From positions 800,001 through 864,000 of the forward strand of contig CAWDGJ010000002.1 of the NCBI GenBank assembly GCA_963801815.1: DNA of 64,000 bases, in the 5' to 3' direction. This DNA comes from an uncultured Verrucomicrobiae bacterium (GTDB lineage: Bacteria; Verrucomicrobiota; Verrucomicrobiia; Chthoniobacterales; UBA10450). Shown here one piece after another: positions 20,166-29,978 of this stretch; within the stretch, counting starts at the first letter, position 1; each line of letters opens with the position of its first letter. Position numbers and translations under genes: made by a program. The notes beneath the pieces are model-generated. The model was given only the letters and a program-made list of their open reading frames with translations. It ran no database searches and was not told the DNA's origin.

Positions 20166-20488
20166 TCAAGCCTAACGAGTTGCGCAGTTTTTCACAGCGT
20201 TGCACACGTGCTTTTCATAGGTGGCCTAACGAACCCGATTTGCAGCGCGTGGCGGATATTTGCGTAGTTTTGCGGCAAAAAATATCGCCAGCCGTAGAAA
20301 ACGACCGTGAACGTTTTTGGCCTGCGCGCGCGGAATGGGTCAGGACGAAGCCGTTGACTCACACGATGTCCGGAATGATAATGGTCGCTAAGGGGAGGAA
20401 GGTATGACCACGGAGAACTTCCATTTATCGGCTGCTTGTTGTCGACGACGATCTTGCTGCCAGGGTTATTGAAGAAAGGTGAACGACG

Positions 20489-21028
20489 ATGGACGAGGTC
20501 ATTCTTGCCGAACTTGGCGATTATCTACTCGCGCACTCGAACGAAATCATTGACGAATGGCTGCGAGCTGTCGAACGCAACGTTGGCATGATCAGGTCTA
20601 GATGTCTTCCGCGCAACGAGCGCATCGATCATCTGCCGCAGCTTCTCCAGAAGCTGGCGGAGCTGCTTAAGTCTCCGCAATCGGTGCAAAACAGCCTCGA
20701 GATGTCTCACGCTGCGCGAGTCCATGGAGAATATCGGTGGCGACAAGGTTACCGGCTCGACGACGTCATATGCGAGGCGAGCATCGTTCGGCGGATTCTG
20801 TTCCATAATTGGATGGATGCGTTCGCGCGGCAAGCACCACAGTTCGAAGGGGCAACTCGAAGAGTTGTCGAAAATATCATCCACCAAGTCGTCGACGATG
20901 TCGTTGCTAACTCAACCGAACAATTTGTCGAAGAACAGGAAAGGATGATCTACCTCTTAAACTCCGAACTGGCCGATGCCCTCGCCGAAGTGCGTGAGCG
21001 CCGCGTTCTTAGCGGTTCAGTAGGGTAG
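20489..21028 (+). CDS. RsbRD N-terminal domain protein (stand-alone)
   Basis: EIIDEW..IDHLPQLL..ARVHG..RW.QGY.L..V..E pattern. Confidence 0.6.
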   Translation: MDEVILAELGDYLLAHSNEIIDEWLRAVERNVGMIRSRCLPRNERIDHLPQLLQKLAELLKSPQSVQNSLEMSHAARVHGEYRWRQGYRLDDVICEASIVRRILFHNWMDAFARQAPQFEGATRRVVENIIHQVVDDVVANSTEQFVEEQERMIYLLNSELADALAEVRERRVLSGSVG

Positions 21029-21406
21029 CAATTCCGCCGGTTCCCTCGAATTGTTGAACCTAAGGGGAGTGTGATGCTCCAAGGCTGCAGGACTTTTCGC
21101 GCGCGCGTGGAAAAGTAGCTGGCTCTCTTTCACGCGCGGGAAAGGGCGGGGTCGGTTCGACGCAACACGAAGTACCGAATTTTCTTCAAAGGGCGGATCG
21201 CCGCGACGCGGGCCTCGTCTTTGGGTCGTGTGCGCCCAGCGGCCCTTCGTGAAAGCTGCCGCTCAGAATGATTGCGTCTTCGCCAGAGCAGGGATTGTCG
21301 CCCATCGCGACGAGCGTTCAATTGTGGCTCGATGTACAACATATGGCATATATTGTGCTATTTCGATCAGGCGACTACGAGTAATAGTGGTTTCTCCGAA
21401 ATTGGA

Positions 21407-21854
21407 ATGGGCTCGTCTATTTTAGGATTTATTATTTGGCCCGGCAGGTCAGGCCAGCAGGTACTGGTATGCGATCTACCCTCGTCATTGGCGATTCGGT
21501 CCAGGGCAGCCAGGTAATTATATTTACGCGGTTGAATCCGCCCCCTCTAAATTATCGCCGTTGTATATCGGTCAGACAAACGACTTGAATCGACGATTGC
21601 TGGAGCGCGATTCGGGGCTCCATCTGTTCCGTGCCACCCATCTTTGCGCTCATTTCAATTACTATGACTATGGCGCATGCGGTCGGTTAGCGGAGGAGAG
21701 AGACCTAATCGAACTTTGGCGGCCTGCGTGCAACAGATCGAATCACCCGTCTGGCGCGGAATTGTTAGTTCCGAGGCCCAATCAACGCCCGATTGCATCG
21801 TCCTGGGTTATGATTTCAAATGACTGCAGCACGAGCGCTAGCGCCTCGTTCTAG
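21407..21854 (+). CDS. Small GIY-YIG nuclease-like protein (frameshift at ~21461)
   Basis: Joined reading gives WPGRSGQQ-YWYAIY..PGNYIYA..LYIGQTNDLNRR..EERDLI..P.CN. Confidence 0.6.
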
Positions 21855-22035
21855 GATTTTTCTGAATCGGGTGAATGCGCGTCGACGCTAATACACATCT
21901 GGTGCGCGAACGCGGCGAGCGGACTAAGAATCGCCGAAAGCTCCAATCCGGCGTCACGGACGGCACTGGGCGAGAAACCACAATTTTTAGCCAAGATTTG
22001 AACAGACGAACTTTAGGAAGGTCTTATGCATTCAC

Positions 22036-22269
22036 ATGAGCGGAGCTCAAAGGCGCGTTAAGAACCTCCCCATCCCGACTTTCGTCAGCACTGAGCAGGC
22101 GATGGAATGGGGATCGCAGCTAAATGCGGAGGAACATGCCACGCTCGTTGACAGGCAGCGTGCGTTGAGCAACACCGCGTTTGCCGAGTGCAACCTGCAA
22201 CGCAAGGTCAATCTCGTCACCCAAGCGCAGTTAATGCGCGAGGCAGCCGAAGCGTTTGCGCCAGCCTGA
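22036..22269 (+). CDS. Hypothetical protein
   Basis: 77-aa ORF with helical, protein-like composition. Confidence 0.4.
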   Translation: MSGAQRRVKNLPIPTFVSTEQAMEWGSQLNAEEHATLVDRQRALSNTAFAECNLQRKVNLVTQAQLMREAAEAFAPA

Positions 22270-22543
22270 ACCGACGACCCGTTTTTCTCAACGAGAAAGA
22301 GATCAGCGACGCTTACCGGGGCCAGCGTGGCTCGAAGTGTGAATGTTTTAGTCTTCTGAAATGCGAACATGCGCCGCGTTCCGTTGCCACCGAACGCCTA
22401 ACCAGGATAACTGTCTTTTCAATGGGGCCTGCGGCGATCACCACGACCGAAAGGAGGAAACCGATTCGCATGTTCATAGAAACTGTCCACGAGCAATAGC
22501 AACTCATGTCCTCTGCGTCCTGCGACTATGGAGCGATCACGCC

Positions 22544-23320
22544 TTATTTGTTTCGTCTTAAACCCTCAGCGGCCTTTACACTTTTTTTGCGACCGTTGAT
22601 GACGAACGTATTGTTTTCTCCCAAAGTTGACCACGGCCCGCGCAGCACTTCACTAAAGTCCACAAACCGCCAGTCGGTGACGTCGGTCTCTTTTAAGCCG
22701 AGGTAGTCTCGCACAGCAGGGGAGACATCAAGGCCTGCACCCCCATTTAGATTGGGTTTTGGACGTTCATTGCCAAACACGTATTGCCAATGGTCTGTTC
22801 GGAATGGTCCTGCGTCTTCCCATTGTGCATAAGCGATTCGATTGCCTTTGCGGATCGCAACCCATCGATCTTTACAAGTGGAAACAGCTGGGCCCTGATA
22901 CGCTTCTTTAAACCATGGAACAACGCGAGGTGCTTCCGGTCGGTGGCCAGTATGTGCTTTATCGTTGTAGGGAAGTGCGCAGTAAAATGGGTTCTGCCGC
23001 GGTGTAAATCTTACCGGGATATAATTACTCCGATGGGCGGGATTGGGGTCATCAAAACCGCCGTAGCTTTTTGTCCACTGTTTGTCCCAGGCGCTTGTCC
23101 GATTCGGCACGAGATTGTGTCCACCGGGCTGTTCGCCAATCCAAAAAACTGTTGTTACGATACTTGCTTTCCACGCGAAGCCTGAAGACTGAGAGACGAA
23201 CGATTTTCCGATGAGGGGCTTTTCTTTTTTTGTGACCACTTCGATTTGAGCAGCGAAGGACGAATCAAATGCAATGAAGAGCGCGAAACAAGAAAGGCCA
23301 AGTGAACGGCGTTTCCCCAT
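22544..23320 (-). CDS. Secreted protein, probably RlpA-like double-psi beta-barrel
   Basis: Signal peptide MGKRRSLGLSCFALFIAF; WEDAGPF and GLDVSPAV motifs; start trimmed so it does not overlap the tRNA. Confidence 0.6.
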   Translation of the reverse strand: MGKRRSLGLSCFALFIAFDSSFAAQIEVVTKKEKPLIGKSFVSQSSGFAWKASIVTTVFWIGEQPGGHNLVPNRTSAWDKQWTKSYGGFDDPNPAHRSNYIPVRFTPRQNPFYCALPYNDKAHTGHRPEAPRVVPWFKEAYQGPAVSTCKDRWVAIRKGNRIAYAQWEDAGPFRTDHWQYVFGNERPKPNLNGGAGLDVSPAVRDYLGLKETDVTDWRFVDFSEVLRGPWSTLGENNTFVINGRKKSVKAAEGLRRNK

Positions 23321-23473
23321 AATTTTTCCAATCGCCTCCCGTTCAAACGCTGCGTGAAGCCGCGAAGATATGCTTCGCGTTTCGCAGCCTACACTATCAC
23401 GTGGACACGAGATTTGAAGACCGATTTTTTCCGGATACACTGAGCACCAAGTGCAATCGGTACCATCGTAGAT

Positions 23474-23546
23474 GCCGGCATAGCTCAGTTGGTAGAGCAG
23501 CTGATTTGTAATCAGCAGGTCGTCGGTTCGAATCCGTCTGCCGGCT
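23474..23546 (+). tRNA. tRNA-Thr(TGT)
   Basis: Acceptor stem GCCGGCA/TGCCGGC, D arm, anticodon TGT at 23507-23509, GGTTCGAATCC T arm; CCA not encoded. Confidence 0.97.
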
Positions 23547-23683
23547 CCCTTGTAAGGCAGGTCGCTGCAGTCATTGACCAAACAACACATCAATGACCTC
23601 CGACCTGATTCGTGCACAGCCACGAAAATGATCCATTCGGCAACAAGCTGGGTTCGTGCAGACGACTATGTCGAGCGGCGTTT

Positions 23684-24289
23684 TCACCAAAGGCCGGGCA
23701 AAGCGCGGTAACGAACTCGGGTGATGTAGGCTGGCCAGTCAGGGTGTCGAGAAATTACTCGCTCCTCGGCGTAGATGCGGTAAACCAGCGACGCCCAACC
23801 GATCAAAACCAGAAGCAGTGTAACCGAACTCCATTCTTGGAGATTGTATCCAATGTCCGCTACGAGGTACGAGAGATACATCGGGTGGCGGACGAATCTA
23901 TAAGGCCCTCTCGTGATTAAACCTCTCAAAGCCGGACGGACCCCAAACAGTTTCCCGAGCTTGAGAAGGCTAACGAGACTAAGGAAAGCCGCGATCGTTA
24001 CCAAGACCAACCCGGCGGCCGGCCACGCCACATTCCCGGGCGACCAGCGTAGCCAGATGACTTGGGCATAGGGATAAACATAAGCAACCCCGACCGCGAC
24101 ACTGGAGACGATCGAGTAATCCCATACCCGCGGCGGGGGCCGCGTGACCGCGATTGCCAGAACGATGAAATGTTGCAGAACATAAATCCAGTCTGTGATC
24201 GTGAACGTGGGCGTGAGTAAAAAGAGGATGACCAACTCCGTTAACGTGACGCAAAACAGGAGAAGATCTGCAAGACGTCGCCCAAACAT
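23684..24289 (-). CDS. Isoprenylcysteine carboxyl methyltransferase / PEMT family membrane protein
   Basis: LITRGPYRFVRHPMY, RIYAEE, PGLW. Confidence 0.85.
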   Translation of the reverse strand: MFGRRLADLLLFCVTLTELVILFLLTPTFTITDWIYVLQHFIVLAIAVTRPPPRVWDYSIVSSVAVGVAYVYPYAQVIWLRWSPGNVAWPAAGLVLVTIAAFLSLVSLLKLGKLFGVRPALRGLITRGPYRFVRHPMYLSYLVADIGYNLQEWSSVTLLLVLIGWASLVYRIYAEERVISRHPDWPAYITRVRYRALPGLW

Positions 24290-24432
24290 TTTAAAAGCGC
24301 ATCGAACTACTTAAGTTGGAGATTACTGAGTCGCTAGGCAGCCTTGATAAATCCCGAAAAAAGCTGGGTAAGCCTGCGTAATCTGCGGTCAAACAAAATT
24401 GTTCGTCGACCTGTGGAGAGGCGACGATCAGC

Positions 24433-24840
24433 TCACCACCGCATTCCTCGATAACCCCAGGCGCCGTACCACCGGTTGCTCCAATACGGATCCATTGAGT
24501 AGGCCATGTAGTAATCCTGCGCGATCCGCTGTTGGATACAGAGGTTCTTGTAACGCTGATACTCCGCTTCGTGACCAACATACGCGATTTCCGCTTTCTC
24601 ATCCTTAAAGGCGTAAATGGTTTTGCCCTTCATGCTGATACGCTGAACGTGATTCGCCTCCATCTTCGCATAAACTTCCTTTTGGAGCGGAGTTGTCGGG
24701 GTCACCGTGTGGAAGCCAGCCGCCGATAACAACGATTTCGTGTTGGTCGCTTCCATTTCAGCGCAGCCGGTGAGAAAGGAAATAGCGCCAGCTGTGGCAA
24801 TGAAGGTTGCGATGCCGAGTATAGTTCTCTTTAGATTCAT
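24433..24840 (-). CDS. Lipoprotein of unknown function (paralog of 45164-45601)
   Basis: Signal peptide with lipobox FLTGC; LLSAAGF...YVG..EYQRY. Confidence 0.7.
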   Translation of the reverse strand: MNLKRTILGIATFIATAGAISFLTGCAEMEATNTKSLLSAAGFHTVTPTTPLQKEVYAKMEANHVQRISMKGKTIYAFKDEKAEIAYVGHEAEYQRYKNLCIQQRIAQDYYMAYSMDPYWSNRWYGAWGYRGMRW

Positions 24841-24888
24841 AGGTGTTACCTCCGAGGGAATTCTCGACCGGCGAACGCACGGTGAGCC

Positions 24889-24906
24889 ATAAGACCTAAG
24901 TCTCAT
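24889..24906. promoter_or_regulatory. Palindromic box ATAAGAC-CTAA-GTCTCAT
   Basis: Between divergent genes; matches the recurring 18-mer. Confidence 0.75.
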
Positions 24907-24951
24907 CGATTTCGAACAGCGCTCGTAGGTTAATAGCAGGCGCGAGACGAT

Positions 24952-25584
24952 ATGGAAGCCATACCGCAAAGCGGACCCAAGAAAAAATGGATCGAGCCGG
25001 TCACGGCATTAATCATGGCGCTGGCAACGGTCGGCACGGCATGGTGCTCGTACGAATCAGCAGCGTGGACACGCCACAGCAATCGCGCCATGAATCAATT
25101 CAACGTGTTGGAGCGAAAAGCCGGTCTCTTGAACATCCAGGGGCTGCAAGCAGCCACCATTCATGCTGCAATGTTTATGCAGGTGCTGGCCGCGCGACAG
25201 GCCGGCAACAATCAATTGGCCGATTTCTATGTACAACGCTTTCCGCCGGACGTGCGAAAAGCCTACGACGCCTGGATCGCGCAGAAGCCTTTCGAGAATC
25301 CGAATGCAGATCCGCATCCATTCGTTCCGAATCTTTATGAAATGCGCGGCTCACGTGAAGCTGCGGAAGCTACGGCGAACGCTGCAACGCAAATTGAGGA
25401 CGCGCGCCGTGCCGGCAGTCTCTCCGGCCAGTACTTGGCTAGCACGGTCTTATTTGCAGCGGTGCTGTTTTTTGCCAACGCCGCCAGTAGGTTCGAAGAA
25501 CCTTGGGTGCGCAAAACGTCGTTCCTTTTTGCCGTCGCGATGTTTCTCTTTGCGGTCGCGCGCATCGCCGTCTTGCCGCGCTGA
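24952..25584 (+). CDS. Membrane protein, DUF4337-like (paralog of 40957-41592)
   Basis: ATVGTAWCSYES, RFPP..RKAYDAWIA.KPFENP.ADPHPF, 3 TM. Confidence 0.7.
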   Translation: MEAIPQSGPKKKWIEPVTALIMALATVGTAWCSYESAAWTRHSNRAMNQFNVLERKAGLLNIQGLQAATIHAAMFMQVLAARQAGNNQLADFYVQRFPPDVRKAYDAWIAQKPFENPNADPHPFVPNLYEMRGSREAAEATANAATQIEDARRAGSLSGQYLASTVLFAAVLFFANAASRFEEPWVRKTSFLFAVAMFLFAVARIAVLPR

Positions 25585-25606
25585 CAAAACGAGCACCCAA
25601 CGCGGT

Positions 25607-26722
25607 TTAGTGACCGGTTGGTAATTCCGTGGACGAATTCGGCGACGGCGGCAACAAATAAAGTGTGGTCGCGAACATCACGTAAACCATCATGACTAGA
25701 ACTCCGACGAACCAGGTGGACCGACCGGAACTCGTCACCAGCGCCGCGGTAAGAGTTGCGAAAAACACCATCACCACCGCGCCAGGCCAGAAATCCAGAT
25801 TCATGGGCGCTGGCCCAACAAAAAAACTCAAGAGAACAAGAACTGGAGCCACGAAGAGGGCTATTTGCGACGCGCTGCCGAGCGCGATGCTAACGCTAAG
25901 ATCGAGATGATTCTTGCTCGCCGCCGAAAACGCGGCCGCCATTTCGGCAGCGGCACCGACCAGCGCAACGACGACGAAACCGACGAATGCCGGGGTCATT
26001 CCGAATGCAACCGCCGCCTGTTGGACCGAACCGACAAAAACTTCGCTCACCAACGCGACGAGAATCGTGACACCGGCAAGCGTAATCAGCGCAAGATTCA
26101 TCGGCCAGACCGCTTCGTGTTCCTCTGATGTGCCGGCGAAGAGTTCCCGGTGCGTTTTCAGCGAAAAGAAAAGACCGAGAACGTACGCGATCAAAAGCAG
26201 GATCGACAATGCGATACTGAGATCCTGTACAAACCGCGGCGGTCGCGACGATCCATTGGCTCCGAGCGCCGAAGGAATCAAAAGCGCGACCGTTGCCAGA
26301 AAGAGAAGGCCGGCCTGAAACCGCGCCCCGACACGGTTGTATTCCTGAACGTGATGACGCAAACCACCCAGCAGAAAAGAGGCGCCGAGCATAAACAAAG
26401 CATTCGTGACGATTGCGCCGGCAATAGATGCTTTGACCAGCATGTATTGACCGGACTGAAGAGCGACAATCGCAATCACGAGTTCGGTTAAGTTTCCCAG
26501 TGTCGCATTCAGTAAGCCGCCGACTGAGTCGCCTGTTTTAGCGGCCACCGATTCGGTAGCGTGACTCAAGAGCAGAGCGAGCGGCAGAATCGCCAGGACG
26601 GAGAAAACGAACAAAAGAGTGTGCGATTCGGGTTTCAGCTTTTCCGTAACCAACACGACCGGGACAAAAATCAGCAGCCAAAGCAGCGGGTTGCGTCGGA
26701 TTTCATGGAGGAGCGGTCTCAT
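25607..26722 (-). CDS. cax: Ca2+/H+ antiporter (CAX/ChaA family)
   Basis: GGLLNATLGNLTE, FSLKTH, GAAAE, SIALGSASQIALF. Confidence 0.9.
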   Translation of the reverse strand: MRPLLHEIRRNPLLWLLIFVPVVLVTEKLKPESHTLLFVFSVLAILPLALLLSHATESVAAKTGDSVGGLLNATLGNLTELVIAIVALQSGQYMLVKASIAGAIVTNALFMLGASFLLGGLRHHVQEYNRVGARFQAGLLFLATVALLIPSALGANGSSRPPRFVQDLSIALSILLLIAYVLGLFFSLKTHRELFAGTSEEHEAVWPMNLALITLAGVTILVALVSEVFVGSVQQAAVAFGMTPAFVGFVVVALVGAAAEMAAAFSAASKNHLDLSVSIALGSASQIALFVAPVLVLLSFFVGPAPMNLDFWPGAVVMVFFATLTAALVTSSGRSTWFVGVLVMMVYVMFATTLYLLPPSPNSSTELPTGH

Positions 26723-26758
26723 CGAATTGTCATTTTCCGCAGAACGCGGCCGGTGAGA

Positions 26759-26776
26759 ATAAGACCAAGGTCCGAT
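26759..26776. promoter_or_regulatory. Palindromic box ATAAGAC-CAAG-GTCCGAT
   Basis: Between divergent cax and the 26820 gene. Confidence 0.75.
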
Positions 26777-26819
26777 GGCTGGCTCGCCGCGGCCCCGCTT
26801 AAATCAAAGCTGGAGTTGT

Positions 26820-27152
26820 ATGCCATTCGAAAAATTTGACCTCGAGAACCTCAACAAGGAGCGGCGCAAAGCGCTGGGCAAGACAATTCGAACAGTCACC
26901 ACCGAAGAGTTGAAGAAGATGGGCGACGAGATTTTTCGTTACGCCGACGATCCCTGGCGAGAGACGTTCTTCAACTTCATCGCCGAAAATCCCGGCTCGA
27001 CATTTCACCACGCTGTTACCAGCGACGGTTACAACATTGTTTATTGCCGCGACAAAGACAAAGGGATGTGGTTCCTGCCCGGAAGCGGCATGGGCCCGCT
27101 CCAGGAACGCGGACGAAAAGCGATGAAAGAAATGATCGAGGGCGGGCGCTGA
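26820..27152 (+). CDS. Hypothetical protein
   Basis: 110-aa ORF with GGAG RBS; WFLPGSGMGPL. Confidence 0.65.
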   Translation: MPFEKFDLENLNKERRKALGKTIRTVTTEELKKMGDEIFRYADDPWRETFFNFIAENPGSTFHHAVTSDGYNIVYCRDKDKGMWFLPGSGMGPLQERGRKAMKEMIEGGR

Positions 27153-27184
27153 CCCGACATGCCGGTCGGCATTCCTAAGCGACC

Positions 27185-27919
27185 ATGAGCAAATCAACCA
27201 AGGCTTTTGGACAATCGGACGTCGTTCGGCTGAGCGACGAAGACGCGACGGTGGCATTGCTCGAGCGCTCAGTTACCGGCCTCTGGGAGGTAGTGAACGC
27301 ACTGACGCGGCTTCGCCGTACGACCAGACAAAATTATCGCGTCACAATATTCGGCTCTGCGCGACTCCAACCCGCTTCGGTCGCCTATGAAGGCGTGAAG
27401 AAACTTGCGGCGGAGCTGACCAAAATGGGGTGCGACATTATCAGCGGCGGCGGTCCGGGGATCATGCAGGCCGCAAACGAAGGCGCATTTTCGGTTGACC
27501 CGAAGGCGTTGCATCGCTCGGTAGGGATTCGAGTGGAGCTTCCGTTTGAACAGCAGATCAATCCCTTTGTCGGGCTCGCTTACGAACACCGCACTTTCTT
27601 TTCGCGTCTCCATCATTTCATGATCGCTTCAGACGCGTTCGTGGTCGTGCCCGGTGGAATTGGGACTCTCTTGGAGCTGTCCCTTGCGTGGCAGTTGCTT
27701 CAGGTGCGCAAACTTTACAACACGCCCCTGATTTTGGTCGGAAAAATGTGGGCCGACCTGGTCGAATGGGGCCGAAAAAACATGCTCAGAAAAGGAAGCG
27801 AGCTCGCCACCGAAATCGACTTCACGATTCCGCATTGCGTAAACACAATCGATGAGACTCTGAAGCTGATTCGATCCAATCGAAAAGCGTGGCTGGCCGC
27901 GCAGAAAAAGAAACGCTAA
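27185..27919 (+). CDS. LOG family protein (nucleotide phosphoribohydrolase-like)
   Basis: VTIFGSAR, SGGGPGIMQAANEGA, PGGIGTLLE. Confidence 0.9.
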   Translation: MSKSTKAFGQSDVVRLSDEDATVALLERSVTGLWEVVNALTRLRRTTRQNYRVTIFGSARLQPASVAYEGVKKLAAELTKMGCDIISGGGPGIMQAANEGAFSVDPKALHRSVGIRVELPFEQQINPFVGLAYEHRTFFSRLHHFMIASDAFVVVPGGIGTLLELSLAWQLLQVRKLYNTPLILVGKMWADLVEWGRKNMLRKGSELATEIDFTIPHCVNTIDETLKLIRSNRKAWLAAQKKKR

Positions 27920-27942
27920 AGCGCCAAATCGTTGCTCCAAAT

Positions 27943-28350
27943 TTACGGCGCGTGCAATGCTTCGAGTGAAACTTTTAGCCATTCAGCCGCGGCTTCCTTT
28001 TGCTTGAAGAGTCGAACTTGCAAAGGCGAATGGTCCGTCAATAGCGCGTGTAATTTGAAATAATGCTCGAACGCCGGGTCTTCGACATAAAACGCTGACT
28101 TAATCGATGCCCGGCCGACGCGCGACATGCGACGATAGAGCGCAACATGAAAAACGTAGCGAAAATTAAGTTCGACCGAAGTTAGTTCACTGGTGTCGAC
28201 AAAACGACGCTCGTTCGCGTTCGACTTTGCTTCTTCGTCTCTGATAAAAGCGATAATTTGGTTTACCACCTTTTCGTTCAGGACGCCCCGCGGTTTCCAG
28301 AGAAGAAGGCGGAACTCGGGACGAAAATGGACGTCCGCTGGAACCTTCAT
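27943..28350 (-). CDS. Hypothetical protein (paralog of 50222-50674)
   Basis: W.PRG.L.E..VN, RF.D, F.YVFH.ALYRR, IKSAFYV, AA.WL.V shared with the paralog. Confidence 0.7.
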   Translation of the reverse strand: MKVPADVHFRPEFRLLLWKPRGVLNEKVVNQIIAFIRDEEAKSNANERRFVDTSELTSVELNFRYVFHVALYRRMSRVGRASIKSAFYVEDPAFEHYFKLHALLTDHSPLQVRLFKQKEAAAEWLKVSLEALHAP

Positions 28351-28367
28351 CGCAAAGTTTTGATTCT

Positions 28368-29978
28368 CTAAAGACTCTTGAGGTGCAATTCCAAAATCCG
28401 ATCGAGCTCGGCAATCGTTTCCGGAAGACCGGTCGATCCGTGCGGTCCGGGAACAATTTTTTCTGATTTCGCTCCGTCGAGATGCGAGCTCCAGTAGGCG
28501 ACAACGCCGTCGGTGCTGTTTGGTGAATCACCCTTACCGCGATCGCCGATGATCGAGTGATACGGGACTGTGATTGGCGCGTCGTTGATTACTGGCAAGG
28601 CAGGATTCGTCGGCTTCAACCCGAAGATACTAGTTGGGAGGCGTTTGGAGCTTCCGGTCAACTCGGCAACTTCGGTACTGGTCAGCGAGTCCCTCATTGT
28701 TGTGGCGAGCGTAACCGGAAGGGTAATCAAACTGATGCCGAACTTGCCCACTCCGCTGGTGGCCATATCGCTTCCGCGGTGCGGAGTACAGACAAAAACG
28801 ACCCTTTTAATCCTCGGATTGGCTCTGAAAGTTGTCGCGCGAACAATCAGACTATTGCTGGATTTATCATGGACGATCTCTCTGCCCAATTGCCCCATTC
28901 TCTTTTCCCACATCTGGGCGGAAACGTTGATCACCTGATCGTGAGTGAGCATTCCTCCCATGCTATGGCCGACCACCACGTACGGTTTGTGATTAGGATA
29001 GCGTTGGTCGACCTTGGCCAACTCTTCCCGCAATCGGAGGGCGGAATAGAGAATGGGATTACCGGTTGGATAAGCGAAGACCCAGAATTGATAATGCTTT
29101 CGAATCTCAGGGTCGGCCTGGAGTCCGTTGATCGTCTCGACCCAGGTAAACGGGGTCGAGAAAAGGCCGTGCACAAAAAGGACTGGAATCCGATCCGGAT
29201 CGTAAGGCTGCATAAAATACAAGCCGGTCTTGTCCATATAATGGGCCGAGCGAAATCCTCCCATCAACCCGACCAACAACAGATTTGCGGGCGGCTGGTA
29301 GTAGCTGATGGGCGCAGAGAAATCGGCAGATAGCGGACGGGTTTTTCCTTCCACCACAGCGGTGGGCTGCTTTGCTGGGCGGCGCAATGCCAGTGTTGCT
29401 TCGGTTCCCTTAAAGTCGAGCGTCGCCGTGACTGGTGCGCTGATCCCTCTGAAAGGCGCGAACTGCTCCCGAGGCGCGACTTGTCGCACGCCAACGAGCG
29501 AGCCGCCTACGCCGATCTGATGATTCTCTTTCCTAATTAACTTTTCTTTGATCTGAGCTGACGGAATGAAGGAGGTAAAATAATCGGGCGACCAGACGGC
29601 AGGGGCGGCAGGTTGCAACCGCAGGTGATAAATTGTGTTGTTCGCCGTGAGCGTTAGCGGATGATTCCAGACACGTCCTCCCGATGTCGAACGCAACAGA
29701 ATTGTTAACTCGGCGGCGGCGGAGTTGTAGGTGTTAAGAGCCAATGTCTGCGTTCCAGAACCTAAGTCCGGCGCGGTGAGCGCCGCGGCTTGCAAGTAAT
29801 CTGCCGCGCGAACTTCGAGCGAGAGCTGCGTCGATCGCGCGTCGCGTAAACTTTTGGCGGCAGCCACCACATTCGGCGAGCCGGCCGGCTGGGTCGCGCA
29901 TCCGGCGAAAAAAATGGCGCTCGTGAGGGCCGCGATTAGCTGCAAGCGCTCCGGTATATTTATTGAACCAGTATTCAT
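28368..29978 (-). CDS. Alpha/beta hydrolase lipoprotein
   Basis: Lipobox FFAGC; FVHGL, GHSMGG, TPHRGS, DGVV. Confidence 0.85.
   Translation of the reverse strand: MNTGSINIPERLQLIAALTSAIFFAGCATQPAGSPNVVAAAKSLRDARSTQLSLEVRAADYLQAAALTAPDLGSGTQTLALNTYNSAAAELTILLRSTSGGRVWNHPLTLTANNTIYHLRLQPAAPAVWSPDYFTSFIPSAQIKEKLIRKENHQIGVGGSLVGVRQVAPREQFAPFRGISAPVTATLDFKGTEATLALRRPAKQPTAVVEGKTRPLSADFSAPISYYQPPANLLLVGLMGGFRSAHYMDKTGLYFMQPYDPDRIPVLFVHGLFSTPFTWVETINGLQADPEIRKHYQFWVFAYPTGNPILYSALRLREELAKVDQRYPNHKPYVVVGHSMGGMLTHDQVINVSAQMWEKRMGQLGREIVHDKSSNSLIVRATTFRANPRIKRVVFVCTPHRGSDMATSGVGKFGISLITLPVTLATTMRDSLTSTEVAELTGSSKRLPTSIFGLKPTNPALPVINDAPITVPYHSIIGDRGKGDSPNSTDGVVAYWSSHLDGAKSEKIVPGPHGSTGLPETIAELDRILELHLKSL

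Larger units (their letters stand above)
20127..23512. mobile_element. tRNA-Thr-associated genomic islet with no visible integrase
   Basis: Bounded by 39-bp direct repeats of the tRNA 5' half; carries small accessory genes. Confidence 0.65.

Noticed and set aside
21097..21270. GC-rich hairpins as a possible ncRNA
   Set aside because: An 11-bp stem is visible, but there is no recognisable family and no covariation evidence
21334..21358. Palindrome as a LexA/SOS box
   Set aside because: It does not match the TGTTC-N4-GAACA motif described for Verrucomicrobia or the CTGT-N8-ACAG motif
20166..23473. Integrase or transposase within the islet
   Set aside because: I found no tyrosine/serine recombinase or DDE motifs in the provided ORFs
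23321..23623. N-terminal extension of the 359-aa ORF
   Set aside because: It runs antisense through tRNA-Thr; the real signal peptide starts at 23320
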